Source: Nitrospirales bacterium
GTDB taxonomy: Bacteria > Nitrospirota > Nitrospiria > Nitrospirales > UBA8639
Direction: 5' to 3'
Length of the DNA: 64,000 bases
NCBI GenBank assembly: GCA_965223295.1
Contig: CBDCWC010000003.1
Coordinates: 512,001-576,000 of the forward strand
The notes beneath the pieces were generated by a model that was not told where the DNA came from, ran no database searches, and was given only the letters and a program-made list of their open reading frames with translations. Position numbers and translations under genes: made by a program. Position 1 is the first letter of the stretch. The number at the start of each line of letters is the position of its first letter. Positions 20,246 to 30,997 of the stretch are shown here, in pieces.

Positions 20246-22153
20246 TCAACCTTGGGATAAAAGTCGGCGGCATTCCAGTTCATGTACAATGTTGATAGCC
20301 GCTTCTTCGGCTGTTTCCTGAGCTCCAGCAATTGTGATTTCTGCGTCATCGGGACGTTCATAGGGCGAATCAATGCCCGTAAAATTCTTAATTTCACCCG
20401 CTCGGGCTTTTTTATACAGACCCTTCACATCACGACGCTCACATTCCTCTAAAGGTGTATCAATGAACACCTCCAAAAATTCCCTATCGGCAACCATCTG
20501 ACGAGCCATTTCCCGTTCACTACGAAATGGCGAAATAAACGAGACCAATACAATCAGCCCAGCGTCAACCATCAATTTTGCCGTTTCGGATACACGGCGA
20601 ATATTTTCGACTCGATCAGCATCCGTGAAACCCAAATCCCGATTTAGCCCATGCCGTACATTGTCACCATCCAACAGATACGTATGACGCCCCAAGGAAT
20701 GCAGCTTCTTCTCAACCAAATTGGCAATTGAAGATTTTCCAGCACCCGACAAACCAGTAAACCAGAGAATGAAGGGCTTCTGTCTCTTCAAATGTGCGCG
20801 GGCGGCTTTATGAATATCAACCGACTGCCAATGAATATTATCTGCTCGACGTAAGGCAAAGTCGATCATCCCCACAGCAATCGTGGCATTGCTAAATCGA
20901 TCAATTAAGATAAAAGAGCCAGTGTCTCGATTCTCCTGATAGGGATCGAAAGATACGGGATAGTCCAAAGAAAAGTTACAAATGCCGATATCATTCATTT
21001 CCAATGTTTTCGTGGCCAGGTGTTCCAGTGTGTTCACATTAATTTTATATTTCAATGCCGTCACTTGCGCAGCTCGCATCTGACATCCCATCTTGATCCC
21101 ATACTGGCGACCCGGTAATAGAGGCTCCTCATGCATCCAAATAAGTTTGGCTTCAAACTGATCTGCGGTGGCGGGTCGAGCACGAGGGTCACTCAATATT
21201 TCACCGCGGCTGATGTCACATTGGTCGCGTAACGTTAACGTAACGGCTTGGCCAGCCACGGCACAGTCGACATCACCATCAAACGTCACGATCCGTTCAA
21301 TAGTGCTGGTTTGCCCAGAGGTTGGCACGACAACGGAATCCCCAGGCCGAACAGCCCCACTGACAATCGTGCCTGAGAAGCCTCGAAAATCCAGATGAGG
21401 CCGATTCACCCATTGGACCGGCATCCGGAACGGGTTAGTCGTCGTATCGTGATGAACCGTAACAGTCTCTAAATAGCTCATCATTGTCGGCCCATGAAAC
21501 CAATCCATATTCACACTTTGATGAAGAATATTGTCACCTTTCAGAGCCGAAATCGGAATCATCACGATCTTCTCGAACCCTAATGGCTTCGAAAATTCCG
21601 CGTACTGAGTCGCGATGGAATCAAATGTAGTTTTCGAATAGTCCACTAAATCCATCTTATTGACCGCAAGAATCACCTGCCGAATTCCAAGCAACGACAC
21701 AATGTAGCTATGACGCATGGTTTGCGTCAGGACACCCTTGCGCGCATCAATCATGATCACAGCAAGGTCAGCCGTGGAAGCTCCGGTTGCCATATTGCGC
21801 GTATATTGTTCATGTCCGGGTGCATCGGCCACAATAAATTTCCGTTTGTCAGTGTTGAAAAACCGATACGCCACATCAATCGTAATGCCCTGTTCACGTT
21901 CTGCCTGCAATCCGTCAACGAGCAAGGCATAGTCAATCTCTCCATGTTGCGTCCCCACCCGTTTGCTTTCAGATCTTAAGGTGGCTAGTTGATCCTCACT
22001 AACCAAATTTGAGTCCCAGAGTAATCGACCAATAAGCGTACTTTTGCCATCATCCACACTACCGCAGGTCAAAAAGCGCAACAGACCTTGTTCAGGCTGA
22101 GCTGTGCAGGTGGGTTCATTCAGATTGGTTTGATCGGAAGGTGAAGCCGGCAT
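20246..22153 (-). CDS. cysNC: Bifunctional sulfate adenylyltransferase subunit 1 / APS kinase (CysNC, NodQ-like)
   Basis: [31 protein letters not shown]-terminal [27 protein letters not shown]. Confidence 0.97.
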   Translation of the reverse strand: MPASPSDQTNLNEPTCTAQPEQGLLRFLTCGSVDDGKSTLIGRLLWDSNLVSEDQLATLRSESKRVGTQHGEIDYALLVDGLQAEREQGITIDVAYRFFNTDKRKFIVADAPGHEQYTRNMATGASTADLAVIMIDARKGVLTQTMRHSYIVSLLGIRQVILAVNKMDLVDYSKTTFDSIATQYAEFSKPLGFEKIVMIPISALKGDNILHQSVNMDWFHGPTMMSYLETVTVHHDTTTNPFRMPVQWVNRPHLDFRGFSGTIVSGAVRPGDSVVVPTSGQTSTIERIVTFDGDVDCAVAGQAVTLTLRDQCDISRGEILSDPRARPATADQFEAKLIWMHEEPLLPGRQYGIKMGCQMRAAQVTALKYKINVNTLEHLATKTLEMNDIGICNFSLDYPVSFDPYQENRDTGSFILIDRFSNATIAVGMIDFALRRADNIHWQSVDIHKAARAHLKRQKPFILWFTGLSGAGKSSIANLVEKKLHSLGRHTYLLDGDNVRHGLNRDLGFTDADRVENIRRVSETAKLMVDAGLIVLVSFISPFRSEREMARQMVADREFLEVFIDTPLEECERRDVKGLYKKARAGEIKNFTGIDSPYERPDDAEITIAGAQETAEEAAINIVHELECRRLLSQG

Positions 22154-23055
22154 TAAAAGTAGCCTTCGTGTTTCTTTTTTTCCATCGAACCGATTGCATC
22201 CCGGTCGATGAGACGTCCTTGACGTTCTGAATGAGAGGAATGCTCCATCTCATGGATAATGTCAGCTAACGTGGAAGCCGTTGACTCAATCGCCCCTGTC
22301 AAAGGATAGCAACCGAGCGTTCGAAACCGCACAGACCGTAGAACTGGCTGTTCCTGAGGTTGGAGCGGCAAGCGATCATCATCCACCATCACCAGCATCC
22401 CGTCCCGCTCAACCACTGGGCGTGGTTTCGCAAAATAGAGCGGCACGACGGGAATCGCTTCCTGCTGAATATAATGCCAGACATCAAGCTCGGTCCAATT
22501 CGACAAAGGAAAGGCCCGGAGGCTTTCGCCTTTTCGGACTCGCGTATTAAAAATATGCCATAACTCAGGACGCTGCTTCTTGGGATCCCAGCGATGGGTC
22601 GAGGTACGAAACGACACAAACCGTTCTTTGGCGCGCGAAGCTTCCTCATCTCGTCGCGCCCCCCCAAATGCCGCATCAAAACCATATTGTTCTAATGCTT
22701 GCTTCAGCGCCTCGGTTTTCATGATATCTGTATATAATGAAGAGCCGTGAGTAATTGGATTCACACCTTGCTCGAGACCTTGGGCATTGGTATAGACCAG
22801 CAGTTCAAGATCGTTCTCCTCCGCAAGGTTATCCCGAAACGCAATCATGTCACGAAATTTCCACGTCGTGTCGATATGAAGAAGTGGAAAAGGGAGTTTT
22901 GAGGGATAAAAGGCCTTACGAGCCAGGTGCAGAAGAACAGAGGAATCCTTACCAATCGAATAAAGCAGCACGGGACGCTCACATTCAGCCACGATCTCCC
23001 GAAATAGATGGATACTCTCAGCTTCCAACTGCTGTAGATGGGTCGAAACACTCAT
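22153..23055 (-). CDS. cysD: Sulfate adenylyltransferase subunit 2
   Basis: [38 protein letters not shown]. Confidence 0.98.
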   Translation of the reverse strand: MSVSTHLQQLEAESIHLFREIVAECERPVLLYSIGKDSSVLLHLARKAFYPSKLPFPLLHIDTTWKFRDMIAFRDNLAEENDLELLVYTNAQGLEQGVNPITHGSSLYTDIMKTEALKQALEQYGFDAAFGGARRDEEASRAKERFVSFRTSTHRWDPKKQRPELWHIFNTRVRKGESLRAFPLSNWTELDVWHYIQQEAIPVVPLYFAKPRPVVERDGMLVMVDDDRLPLQPQEQPVLRSVRFRTLGCYPLTGAIESTASTLADIIHEMEHSSHSERQGRLIDRDAIGSMEKKKHEGYF

Positions 23056-23738
23056 GCTTAGACACTTACACTATTCTTACCAAGGAACACCACCTTAATT
23101 ACAAAAAAACTGCTTAAAAATTACGGTTTCTTTCATGAGATTGGTTATTTTAATAAATGATCTTCGCCGCAAGCAGCAGGAATACATCCTCAAGTGACTC
23201 AAACTAGTTGGCAGTATCGACAAGATTGGTGGCAACCATTCTCAACTCTAATACACTCTGACCATGCAATTCGAATACCTTAAAATATAAGCGTGAATTT
23301 TATCAGGTAGTGAGTAAGAAGGCGTCTTTAAGAAAGAATAGCAATATTCTGAGAACTCTACGGTCGAACGTATTGCCTAAATAGGTAATTGTCGCGCATC
23401 TTGATCCACAGTCAACCCCGTCTTGCAATCATGCGCTGCACCTAAACGTTGACGGAATTGTGAAAGGTCAGAGACATCCACCTTTTGACTATCTGCGAAA
23501 ACACTGAACAGTGTACGACCTAAAATGCCTTCTAGTTTAAATCCACCAATGAGGAAACCCTGAGACGAGATGAAACAAAAAAGTACCTTAATAGAACCAC
23601 TCCAATATTATTTCAACCTCCTTCTTCTTATATTTGCGTTGATAAAAACAGAGTTCTCTTTTCAGAGACATGTTAGAGAGGCTACGGGCAGCTCAATGAG
23701 ATAATACAGAAAACTCAGATTTTTTCTACACGAAATTC

Positions 23739-23770
23739 ATGAGCCCCATATCTTTAGATACGAGGCTCAT
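23739..23770 (-). terminator. Hairpin downstream of collagen-repeat gene
   Basis: atgagccccatatct-tt-agatacgaggctcat imperfect stem about 50 bp after the stop codon. Confidence 0.5.
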
Positions 23771-23817
23771 AAGTATTCTAAGAAATCTTCCGAAACGACC
23801 AGTTTGGATTCACGATC

Positions 23818-24626
23818 CTATTGAATAGACCCGCAAATAGCTTTACCAATAACGATTCCAGCGGGACCTTCCAGATCTCCCATAAACTCAATGACAGCTT
23901 CATTTTCCTCCAAATCTACAGTAAGAGTTTGGAGAGAGGAGTAAAGAGGAAGATTTTGAATCCCTGCTGACAGAACCCTTCCCAACCCATCACACGAAAT
24001 CCTCAAGATTTGTAGATCACCATTTGCAACCAATTCTTGAGTCTTCTCTTGGATAGTTAGCATCCCAACACCGCCTGGCCCCGGATCCCCCTGAGGTCCT
24101 TGCGGCCCAACTGGTCCTGGATCGCCCTGAGGCCCTTGCGGCCCGGCTGGTCCAGGATCACCCTGAAGCCCTTGTGGTCCTGCTGGACCAGGATCGCCCT
24201 GAGGCCCCCGTGGGCCGACTGCTCCGGCTCCTCCAATAGTCAAGTCGTATTCATCATGCTTGCTCTGACCGTTTCCGGTTGAGACAGAAAGCAAATAGTC
24301 ACCAGAAGTCAATGCATCGGGATAGGTTGCTACGATATTGACATCTGTTGGAGTACCCTGAATGGTCAAGGGACCAAATTCACCGAGCGTCACAACTAAA
24401 TCTGAAAGATTTACAAAACTAAATGCTTCACCTTTAATGACAAATGTAGTTTCAGAGGCTACTTCATCCACCACTACTTCCACTTCTTTAATGACAAGAT
24501 GATTTCCAGGCAAGCTGGGGGCACGTCATGGGCAGCCACTGCCACAGTAGACCAACCGAAACTAGCAATGTAGAAGACCGAACTGAGGATAAGACCTGTT
24601 TGGAAAGAGCGGGCTCGCAGACTCAT
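23818..24626 (-). pseudogene. Exported IPT/TIG-like + collagen (Gly-X-Y) repeat protein, frameshifted at a G5 tract
   Basis: RBS GAGGAGGT and ATG 24626 give signal peptide MSLRARSFQTGLILSSVFYIASFGWSTVAVA. One extra C in the tract at 24517-24521 joins it to the 23818-24513 frame ([10 protein letters not shown]...[12 protein letters not shown] repeats). Confidence 0.75.
24077..24216 (-). repeat. About four 27-bp tandem repeats encoding collagen triplets (GPQGDPGPx)
   Basis: [47 protein letters not shown] in translation. Confidence 0.85.
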
Positions 24627-25288
24627 ACACACCTCCTCTGAAATTGTGCTGGTAGATTGAGATGAAACATATAGATGATTTCTTTCCTGAACTGATTCGG
24701 GAAAAACCCAGAAAACTTTAAAACACCATGAGGGAGGTGTGATTTCCTTCATTTATTCCTTTATTGGTGGACAACAATTGAATGCTGGGCACGAAATGAT
24801 GGGCCAACAATCTCTAACCTCCCAAAAAGGACCCAAATAGGAAATGACACAAAGGATCTTATGCCGACTAACTGTTTAGTCAAAAGAATTTGATAAGACA
24901 TCCGGATACAGAATTTACTACATGAACAGAATGCCAACTTATCAAAAAACTAACTTGGGTCTGCTGAAAACAGCCATCAGCTCCGTTCCCTGCCTTCTCC
25001 GTAGCAGCTTAGCGTAGGCTGGTCACCATGTTTCTGTGCTCACCTACTGAGTGTACACTCCGCACAAAAAAAATGGCTGCAACCATGAGTGGATCCTTCG
25101 ATATTCTCAGGACCTACTGTGTTGAACCAACCCAAAGCCCTCGACAAATTTGCCACTGAAGTTCGGTATTGTTTCCCGCTCTCAACTTCTATTTTTGGAC
25201 CTTGAAACAGGTCGGCCTTAGACCTATTATTTTCGTTGATGGAGACAGCTCTTTCCTCTTTCAGGCTTTTCCCTTTACAATAAAGAAT

Positions 25289-26014
25289 ATGCTGAATCGG
25301 TTTATTCGGTGGATTCAACGGTTTAAGGGATGGTTTGGGGGAGCAGCGGCTCTTTGTATTTTCCTCGGTCTCTATACCGGCTTATTTGCTTCCCCGCCTG
25401 ATTATTACCAGGGTGAATTGGTGCGGATCATGTATGTCCATGTTCCCTTAGCCCACACCAGTACGCTGGCCTATTCCGTGTTGTTTTTTGGCAGCATCTG
25501 GTATTTATGGAAACGCGACCCGCTTGTGGATAATGCCTGCCAAGCTTCGGCAGGTATCTGTGCGCTGTTTACAGCCTTGGCCCTCATAACTGGATCCATC
25601 TGGGCAAAACCCACTTGGAACACATGGTGGACATGGGATCCCCGATTAGTCTCCTTTAGTGTGCTGCTCCTGATTTTGGGTGGATACCTGATGCTTCGAA
25701 AACTTGTCGATGACCGAGAACGAGGTGGGCGCTATGCCGCCATTCTGGCCATTGTCGGGGGGATCGATCTTCCAATTATCAAGTTTTCGGTAGAATGGTG
25801 GCGGACCCTACACCAACCCATGTCGTTCTCAACCCGAGGGGTGGCTATTTCTGATGACATCCTGGTTCCCTTAACCTTAATGAGCATTGGAGCCTGGCTC
25901 CTGTTTGCCTATATGGTGATGGTGCGTACACAAATTTTATATCTCACCGATCTACTTCAGGCGAAAAAAGGGCGTCTGCTCAGTCAGACTCATTTTTCAC
26001 AAGCTCAATCATGA
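25289..26014 (+). CDS. ccmC: Heme exporter / cytochrome c biogenesis protein CcmC
   Basis: YVHVP, WWD domain GSIWAKPTWNTWWTWDPR, WWRTLHQ; start at ATG 25289. Confidence 0.95.
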   Translation: MLNRFIRWIQRFKGWFGGAAALCIFLGLYTGLFASPPDYYQGELVRIMYVHVPLAHTSTLAYSVLFFGSIWYLWKRDPLVDNACQASAGICALFTALALITGSIWAKPTWNTWWTWDPRLVSFSVLLLILGGYLMLRKLVDDRERGGRYAAILAIVGGIDLPIIKFSVEWWRTLHQPMSFSTRGVAISDDILVPLTLMSIGAWLLFAYMVMVRTQILYLTDLLQAKKGRLLSQTHFSQAQS

Positions 26015-26523
26015 CGTCATTTTATACACGATGGGCCATATTGGTCGGGGGACTGATCATTGTCGCCTTGATGACGTACAACCACTATCAGCAGGACCTC
26101 TCCACCATCCCATTAGCTACAGTTGTGAGTCGCCCGCCAAACTCTGATATTCTTCGTATTCAGGGAATGGTGAAAAGTGGCACCCTAACTGGCAACATAG
26201 AACAAGGACAGGCCACATTTGAATTGATCGATGGCCCCACCACCCTTCTTGTCGAATATGCTGGGCCGCCCTTAGAAAATATTCGTGAACTCAAAACGAT
26301 GGTTTTGATTGGCCATTTGGATGCTCAAACTCAGACATTCAAAGCTAAAGATACGGCTCTGATAAACAATTTTGGATTTGTGGCCGCAGCCTATTTGCTC
26401 ACGGTGGTCACGCTTGCCTGGGTTGTATTTGCCATGGGGCAAAGAGTCATGGTTTTATTTAAGGAAATCAAAGACGAAAAACTCTACGAACCGGAGAACG
26501 AACCCCTTGCCAGCAACAAATAA
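26011..26523 (+). CDS. CcmE-like OB-fold domain lacking the heme-binding HxxxY motif, with a CcmD-like C-terminal membrane segment
   Basis: LRIQGMVKSGTL, ATFELIDG, VEYAGPP and MVLIG parallel the adjacent CcmE. No AKH motif; ends NFGFVAAAYLLTVVTLAWVVFAMGQRVMVLFKEIKDEK. Confidence 0.75.
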   Translation: MTSFYTRWAILVGGLIIVALMTYNHYQQDLSTIPLATVVSRPPNSDILRIQGMVKSGTLTGNIEQGQATFELIDGPTTLLVEYAGPPLENIRELKTMVLIGHLDAQTQTFKAKDTALINNFGFVAAAYLLTVVTLAWVVFAMGQRVMVLFKEIKDEKLYEPENEPLASNK

Positions 26524-26962
26524 AAAAGTCGCGATTATTATCAGTATCCTCCTCATTGCCGGATCTTTGGCCTATTTGGCCTTTGGCAATTTCGGGGAAA
26601 ATATTGTCTATTTTGTGACCCCGTCAGAAGTCAAAGCCTTTACACCCGAAACCTATTCCAAAAAGGTCCGCGTGGGCGGCATGGTGGTGAAAGGCAGCTT
26701 GAAGACGCAGCCTGATCCAGTGGGACTCACCTTCGAACTCACGGACGGGACCAGTACCATCCCCGTAGCCTTCCAGGGCATTCCGCCTGATCTGTTCAAA
26801 GAAGGCCAAGGCGCGGTCGTCGAAGGCCAATGGAAAGATGGGCAGACCTTTCACTCAACGATGATTATGGCGAAACATTCTGAAGACTATATGCCCATGG
26901 AGCTGAAGCGGGCGGGCGTCGAACTCCCCAAAAAAGATTTCATGAAGACCCTCTCTCAGTAA
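26507..26962 (+). CDS. ccmE: Cytochrome c maturation heme chaperone CcmE
   Basis: VYFVTPSE, VRVGGMV, PDLFKEGQGAVVEG, AKHSEDY (HxxxY); probable TTG start after GGAGA. Confidence 0.95.
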   Translation: MPATNKKVAIIISILLIAGSLAYLAFGNFGENIVYFVTPSEVKAFTPETYSKKVRVGGMVVKGSLKTQPDPVGLTFELTDGTSTIPVAFQGIPPDLFKEGQGAVVEGQWKDGQTFHSTMIMAKHSEDYMPMELKRAGVELPKKDFMKTLSQ

Positions 26963-26984
26963 AGGGCGGGCGTCCCCAACCTAC

Positions 26985-28934
26985 ATGATCATAGAAATCG
27001 GACATTTTTCGGTTATCGTTGCCCTCGTGCTGTCCGTCTTCGGGATGGCCAGCGCCGCCCTAGCTCTGAAAACCCGCAATCCAGATTGGGCTCGCTCGGG
27101 GCGCATGGCCCTCACGTTGATTTTTGTCCTACTCAGTATTGGGATGCTGTCTCTGGTCTATTCTTTTATTGTCCGAGACTTCTCTGTTCTCTACGTCGCC
27201 AACAATTCCAACTCGAAACTCCCGTTCTTTTATACCGTATCAGCGGTCTGGGGCGGCCATGAGGGCTCCTTGCTGCTCTGGGTCTTTATTCTGTCAGTCT
27301 TCAGCACCTTGGCTGTTTGGCTGCATTGGCGCACACAACCCACAATTATGCCCTATTTGATTGCCGTGGAATGTGGAGTGATTTTTGGGTTTCTCTGCCT
27401 AATCGTGTTTCTCTCCAGTCCCTTTGAACGATTGCTCCCCGTCCCTACCGATGGCAAAGATCTGAATCCACTTTTGCAAGACCCGGCAATGGTGATGCAT
27501 CCACCAATGCTGTATATGGGGTATGTGGGATTTTCAATTCCCTTTTCCTTTGCCATGGCCGCCCTCTTCTCCGGCCGGTTAGGTGAAGAATGGATCAAAG
27601 TCACACAACGCTGGACCACCTTCGCCTGGATGTGCCTCACAACAGGCATACTTTTGGGTGGGTATTGGGCCTATTATGAATTGGGCTGGGGCGGTTATTG
27701 GGGTTGGGACCCTGTTGAGAACGCCTCGTTTATGCCATGGCTGGTGGGAACTGCCTATCTCCATTCCGTGTTGGTTCAAGAGAAGCGAAAAATGTTCAAA
27801 GTCTGGAATTTATTCCTGATTATTGTGACGTTTTCGCTCTCACTCATTGGAACCTTTTTGGTACGCAGTGGCGTGCTTACTTCTGTTCATTCCTTCGCCA
27901 CCGATCCTGAACGAGGCCTGTATATTTTAATTTTTGTGGGCAGTGTGATAGGCATTGCCTTTGGCGCTCTCATTCTCCGGTCACCTAAACTCAAATCTCA
28001 AATCGAAATGGATTCACTCATCTCACGGGAATCGATTTTTCTTTTTAATAATTTATTTTTCCTGGTCGCGGCTGCTACGGTTTTTTTAGGCACGCTCTAT
28101 CCACTCATTCTTGAAACCATCGGTGGGGGCAAGGTCACGGTAGGACCACCCTATTACAATGCGGTCTTCATGCCTATTGCGTTGGGCTTGCTCTTTCTCA
28201 TGGGCATCGGCCCCTACATTCCCTGGCGGAAGGCCTCCGTCGCCAATTTAAAGAAAAGTTTTTCAACACCTTTATTGGCTGGTGCGATCATTGTCATCTT
28301 GTTGGCCGTCACAGGCATTCGAAACCTGTATGCCTTAGCAGGAAGTTATGTGGTGGCATTTGCGGGGATGGCTATTTTTCTGGACTTTGGGAAAGTGTCA
28401 CAACTCTATGCCCAGCGCAATAAAAGCAATATTTTCAAGGGAGGATTATCCGCTTTTACCGCTAACCAACGACGCTATGCGGCCATGCTGACGCATGTTG
28501 GCGTGCTGGTGTTAGTGATCGGAATCATCGCTTCAACGATCTATCAAACCGAGAAAGTCGTCTCGATGAAAGTCGGCGACGAAATGGCCATTGGCGACTA
28601 CCGCATGAAGCTTACAAATATCCATGATGTTGAAGGCGGAAATTGGAAAGCCGAAGAAGGCGTCTTTCAAGTTTTTGAAGATGAAACACTTATCACGGAA
28701 CTTCGTCCCCAAAAACGTATTTACAATGCCACTCAAACTCCCACGACTGAATCTGCCATCTATTCCATCAACATGGGGCATATCTTTTTGACGATGCCCG
28801 AAGTTTCTCCGGAAGGCGTGGCGGTAGCCCGAGGTGTCCTCAATCCACTGATTCTTTGGGTCTGGGGTGGCGGTGTTATTATGGGGCTGGGCGTCATTCT
28901 GAATATTCTTCGCCCACGCAAGAGAGAAGAATGA
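26985..28934 (+). CDS. ccmF: Cytochrome c-type biogenesis heme lyase CcmF
   Basis: WGGHEGSLLLW, LNPLLQDP, HPP, WAYYELGWGGYWGWDPVENAS, SVHSFA. Confidence 0.98.
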   Translation: MIIEIGHFSVIVALVLSVFGMASAALALKTRNPDWARSGRMALTLIFVLLSIGMLSLVYSFIVRDFSVLYVANNSNSKLPFFYTVSAVWGGHEGSLLLWVFILSVFSTLAVWLHWRTQPTIMPYLIAVECGVIFGFLCLIVFLSSPFERLLPVPTDGKDLNPLLQDPAMVMHPPMLYMGYVGFSIPFSFAMAALFSGRLGEEWIKVTQRWTTFAWMCLTTGILLGGYWAYYELGWGGYWGWDPVENASFMPWLVGTAYLHSVLVQEKRKMFKVWNLFLIIVTFSLSLIGTFLVRSGVLTSVHSFATDPERGLYILIFVGSVIGIAFGALILRSPKLKSQIEMDSLISRESIFLFNNLFFLVAAATVFLGTLYPLILETIGGGKVTVGPPYYNAVFMPIALGLLFLMGIGPYIPWRKASVANLKKSFSTPLLAGAIIVILLAVTGIRNLYALAGSYVVAFAGMAIFLDFGKVSQLYAQRNKSNIFKGGLSAFTANQRRYAAMLTHVGVLVLVIGIIASTIYQTEKVVSMKVGDEMAIGDYRMKLTNIHDVEGGNWKAEEGVFQVFEDETLITELRPQKRIYNATQTPTTESAIYSINMGHIFLTMPEVSPEGVAVARGVLNPLILWVWGGGVIMGLGVILNILRPRKREE

Positions 28935-29479
28935 CCAAAGCCGCCCAATTGACTTTGGTCCTGGTGTTGCTAGGACTCTTTGCCTTGTTTTATCAAGGTC
29001 TTTGGGGAGACCCTCGACATATTCCGACGGTGCTCATCGGCACAGATGCGCCCATGAGTGAAGGGCCCGATGTGGAAACCGGTGAACCAATTTCCTTGAA
29101 CCAATTTAAAGGCAAAGTCATCCTGCTGAATTTTTGGGCCTCCTGGTGTTATGAATGCAAGGTAGAACATGAAAGCGTGTTAGAACTTCATCAATTATTT
29201 AAAGATGACCCGAACTTTGTCATGCTAGGGATCAACTACCAAGACGAACTGCCAGATGCCCAGCAATATCTCAAAGAATATGGCACCACCTTCTCGCATA
29301 TGCGAGACGTCAAAGGCCAAATTGCCATTGATTATGGCGTCTATGGCGTACCGGAAACCTTCGTCATCGATCAAGAGGGAAAGATCCGTTATAAGTATGT
29401 TGGACCTATTACCGGTCACATGTATACGATGATTACCCAAAAAGTCATTGCTCCGTTGCTCAAAGGTCAGCCCATCTAA
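28931..29479 (+). CDS. ccmG: Thiol-disulfide oxidoreductase CcmG/DsbE
   Basis: NFWASWCYECKVEH, YGVYGVPETF; ATGA overlap with ccmF. Confidence 0.9.
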   Translation: MTKAAQLTLVLVLLGLFALFYQGLWGDPRHIPTVLIGTDAPMSEGPDVETGEPISLNQFKGKVILLNFWASWCYECKVEHESVLELHQLFKDDPNFVMLGINYQDELPDAQQYLKEYGTTFSHMRDVKGQIAIDYGVYGVPETFVIDQEGKIRYKYVGPITGHMYTMITQKVIAPLLKGQPI

Positions 29480-29946
29480 TGTCTATTCGTCTGATTTTTG
29501 TCTTCATATGTATTCTCACAACACCTTGGTCTTTACTCGCCGAAGTTCAAGATGAAACGGCCTTAGATATTCAGGTTCGAGAAATTGCAAAAACGCTGCG
29601 CTGTACAGTGTGTCAAACCGAAAACATTTGGGAGTCAGGCGCGCCACTCGCCCAACAGATGCGCGGGGTCGTGCGGGAACGATTAAAAATGGGGCACAGC
29701 CCGGAGGATATTAAGGAATATTTTCTCAGCCGCTATGGGGATTATATTATGATGCAACCCCCTGCCCACGGCGTGAATTGGCTTCTGTGGTTGGGACCCT
29801 TCATCCTGCTATTGGGAGGAGGCGTGCTTCTTTACAAAGAAGTGATTGGCTGGGTGGGCCGTACCCCATCCTCAGCAACGGCTCCCCCGCCACCTCCGTT
29901 AGACGATCAGGCACGCCAGCGTCTCGAGCGTGAGTTAGAATCGTAG
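29479..29946 (+). CDS. ccmH: Cytochrome c biogenesis protein CcmH
   Basis: LRCTVCQ, RYGDY, LLWLGP. Confidence 0.93.
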   Translation: MSIRLIFVFICILTTPWSLLAEVQDETALDIQVREIAKTLRCTVCQTENIWESGAPLAQQMRGVVRERLKMGHSPEDIKEYFLSRYGDYIMMQPPAHGVNWLLWLGPFILLLGGGVLLYKEVIGWVGRTPSSATAPPPPPLDDQARQRLERELES

Positions 29947-29962
29947 GCTCTTTTTCCCTACC

Positions 29963-30886
29963 ATGCCTCCGATTATAGCCTTTCTCACTCCGCTTCTCAT
30001 CGTTCTTGGCATCGTGCTCTTTGCCATCACGCTTCCGTTTTGGCGCAGAGACCCCTCCCCGATTTCATTTGGATTAGACGATAACCAGGAACAAGAATAT
30101 GCCGACCTCCAGGTCGAACGTGGAGTCCTGAATCAATCCTTACAAGAACTAGAAATGGAACGCGCCGCTGGCCGGATGGAACTAGCTGACTATGAGCGGT
30201 TGAAAGCCACAGACGAACATCGACTGCTACATGTCTTGGATCGCTTAGAAGTCCTCAAAGGCTCAAGGGAGGGCGATGCCAGTCATGATCAAGAACCCAC
30301 CCAACGGCAAAAAGGCTGGGGGCCGGCTATTGCTTCGGGGTTAGTCGTCATGCTGGCGTCTGTTGGGCTTTACACCATTTTGCAGATTCAAGCCGCACAA
30401 AAATTGATGGCCGTCGAGGAACAAATGGGCGGCGGCCCTAACCCCATGGAAATGGTCGCCAAATTGGAAGCACGGCTGAAAGAAAACCCCAATGATGTAC
30501 AGGGACAAATCATGGCCGGACGCTCATATCAAGCGTTGGGCCGGACGGCTGAGGCTCAGAAGGCTTGGGCCAAAGTCTTAGAGTTAGACCCCAAACAACA
30601 TGAAGCCCGATACAATTATGGTGTGCTTCTTATTGATTCCCGAAAAATCGATGATCCAAAAATTTTCCAAGAAGCACTCGATCATTTTGATATGGTTCTT
30701 GCCGATCTACCTAATCAACCAGCCGTGAATTGGTACCGTGGCATCGCCCTCTGGTATTTAGACCGGAAACAAGAAACCGATGAAGCGTGGTCACTCGCCG
30801 CTCAAAATATGGAACCCGGCAGTCAGGATCTCGCTTTCGTCAAAGAATCCCTCACCAAACTCCGCGCCGGCCAAGAACCGTTTTAA
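29963..30886 (+). CDS. ccmI: CcmI/CycH-like TPR protein
   Basis: Two TM segments, MVAKLEARLKENPND, C-terminal TPRs; position after ccmH. Confidence 0.85.
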   Translation: MPPIIAFLTPLLIVLGIVLFAITLPFWRRDPSPISFGLDDNQEQEYADLQVERGVLNQSLQELEMERAAGRMELADYERLKATDEHRLLHVLDRLEVLKGSREGDASHDQEPTQRQKGWGPAIASGLVVMLASVGLYTILQIQAAQKLMAVEEQMGGGPNPMEMVAKLEARLKENPNDVQGQIMAGRSYQALGRTAEAQKAWAKVLELDPKQHEARYNYGVLLIDSRKIDDPKIFQEALDHFDMVLADLPNQPAVNWYRGIALWYLDRKQETDEAWSLAAQNMEPGSQDLAFVKESLTKLRAGQEPF

Positions 30887-30960
30887 ACTGAAAAACTCCA
30901 GTACCCCTACCATCACACCTGTGGCCTTGGAATAGGGCTATAAGCCTAAAAATCCCTGCT

Positions 30961-30997
30961 TTGACTAAACTAAGTTTATAGTTTACTATTAAACTAT
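30961..30997 (+). promoter_or_regulatory. Sigma70-type promoter with overlapping operator palindromes for the TA operon
   Basis: TTGACT (30961)-17 bp-TACTAT (30984); inverted repeats taaact-a-agttta and atagttta-ctat-taaactat; ATG 6 nt after the -10 element. Confidence 0.75.

Noticed and set aside
23402-23416. FNR-like box ttgatccacagtcaa
   Set aside because: Spacer is 5 nt rather than 4, and it is far from any start codon.
25049-25060. Perfect 12-bp palindrome gagtgtacactc
   Set aside because: Single occurrence, of a length expected by chance in 64 kb.
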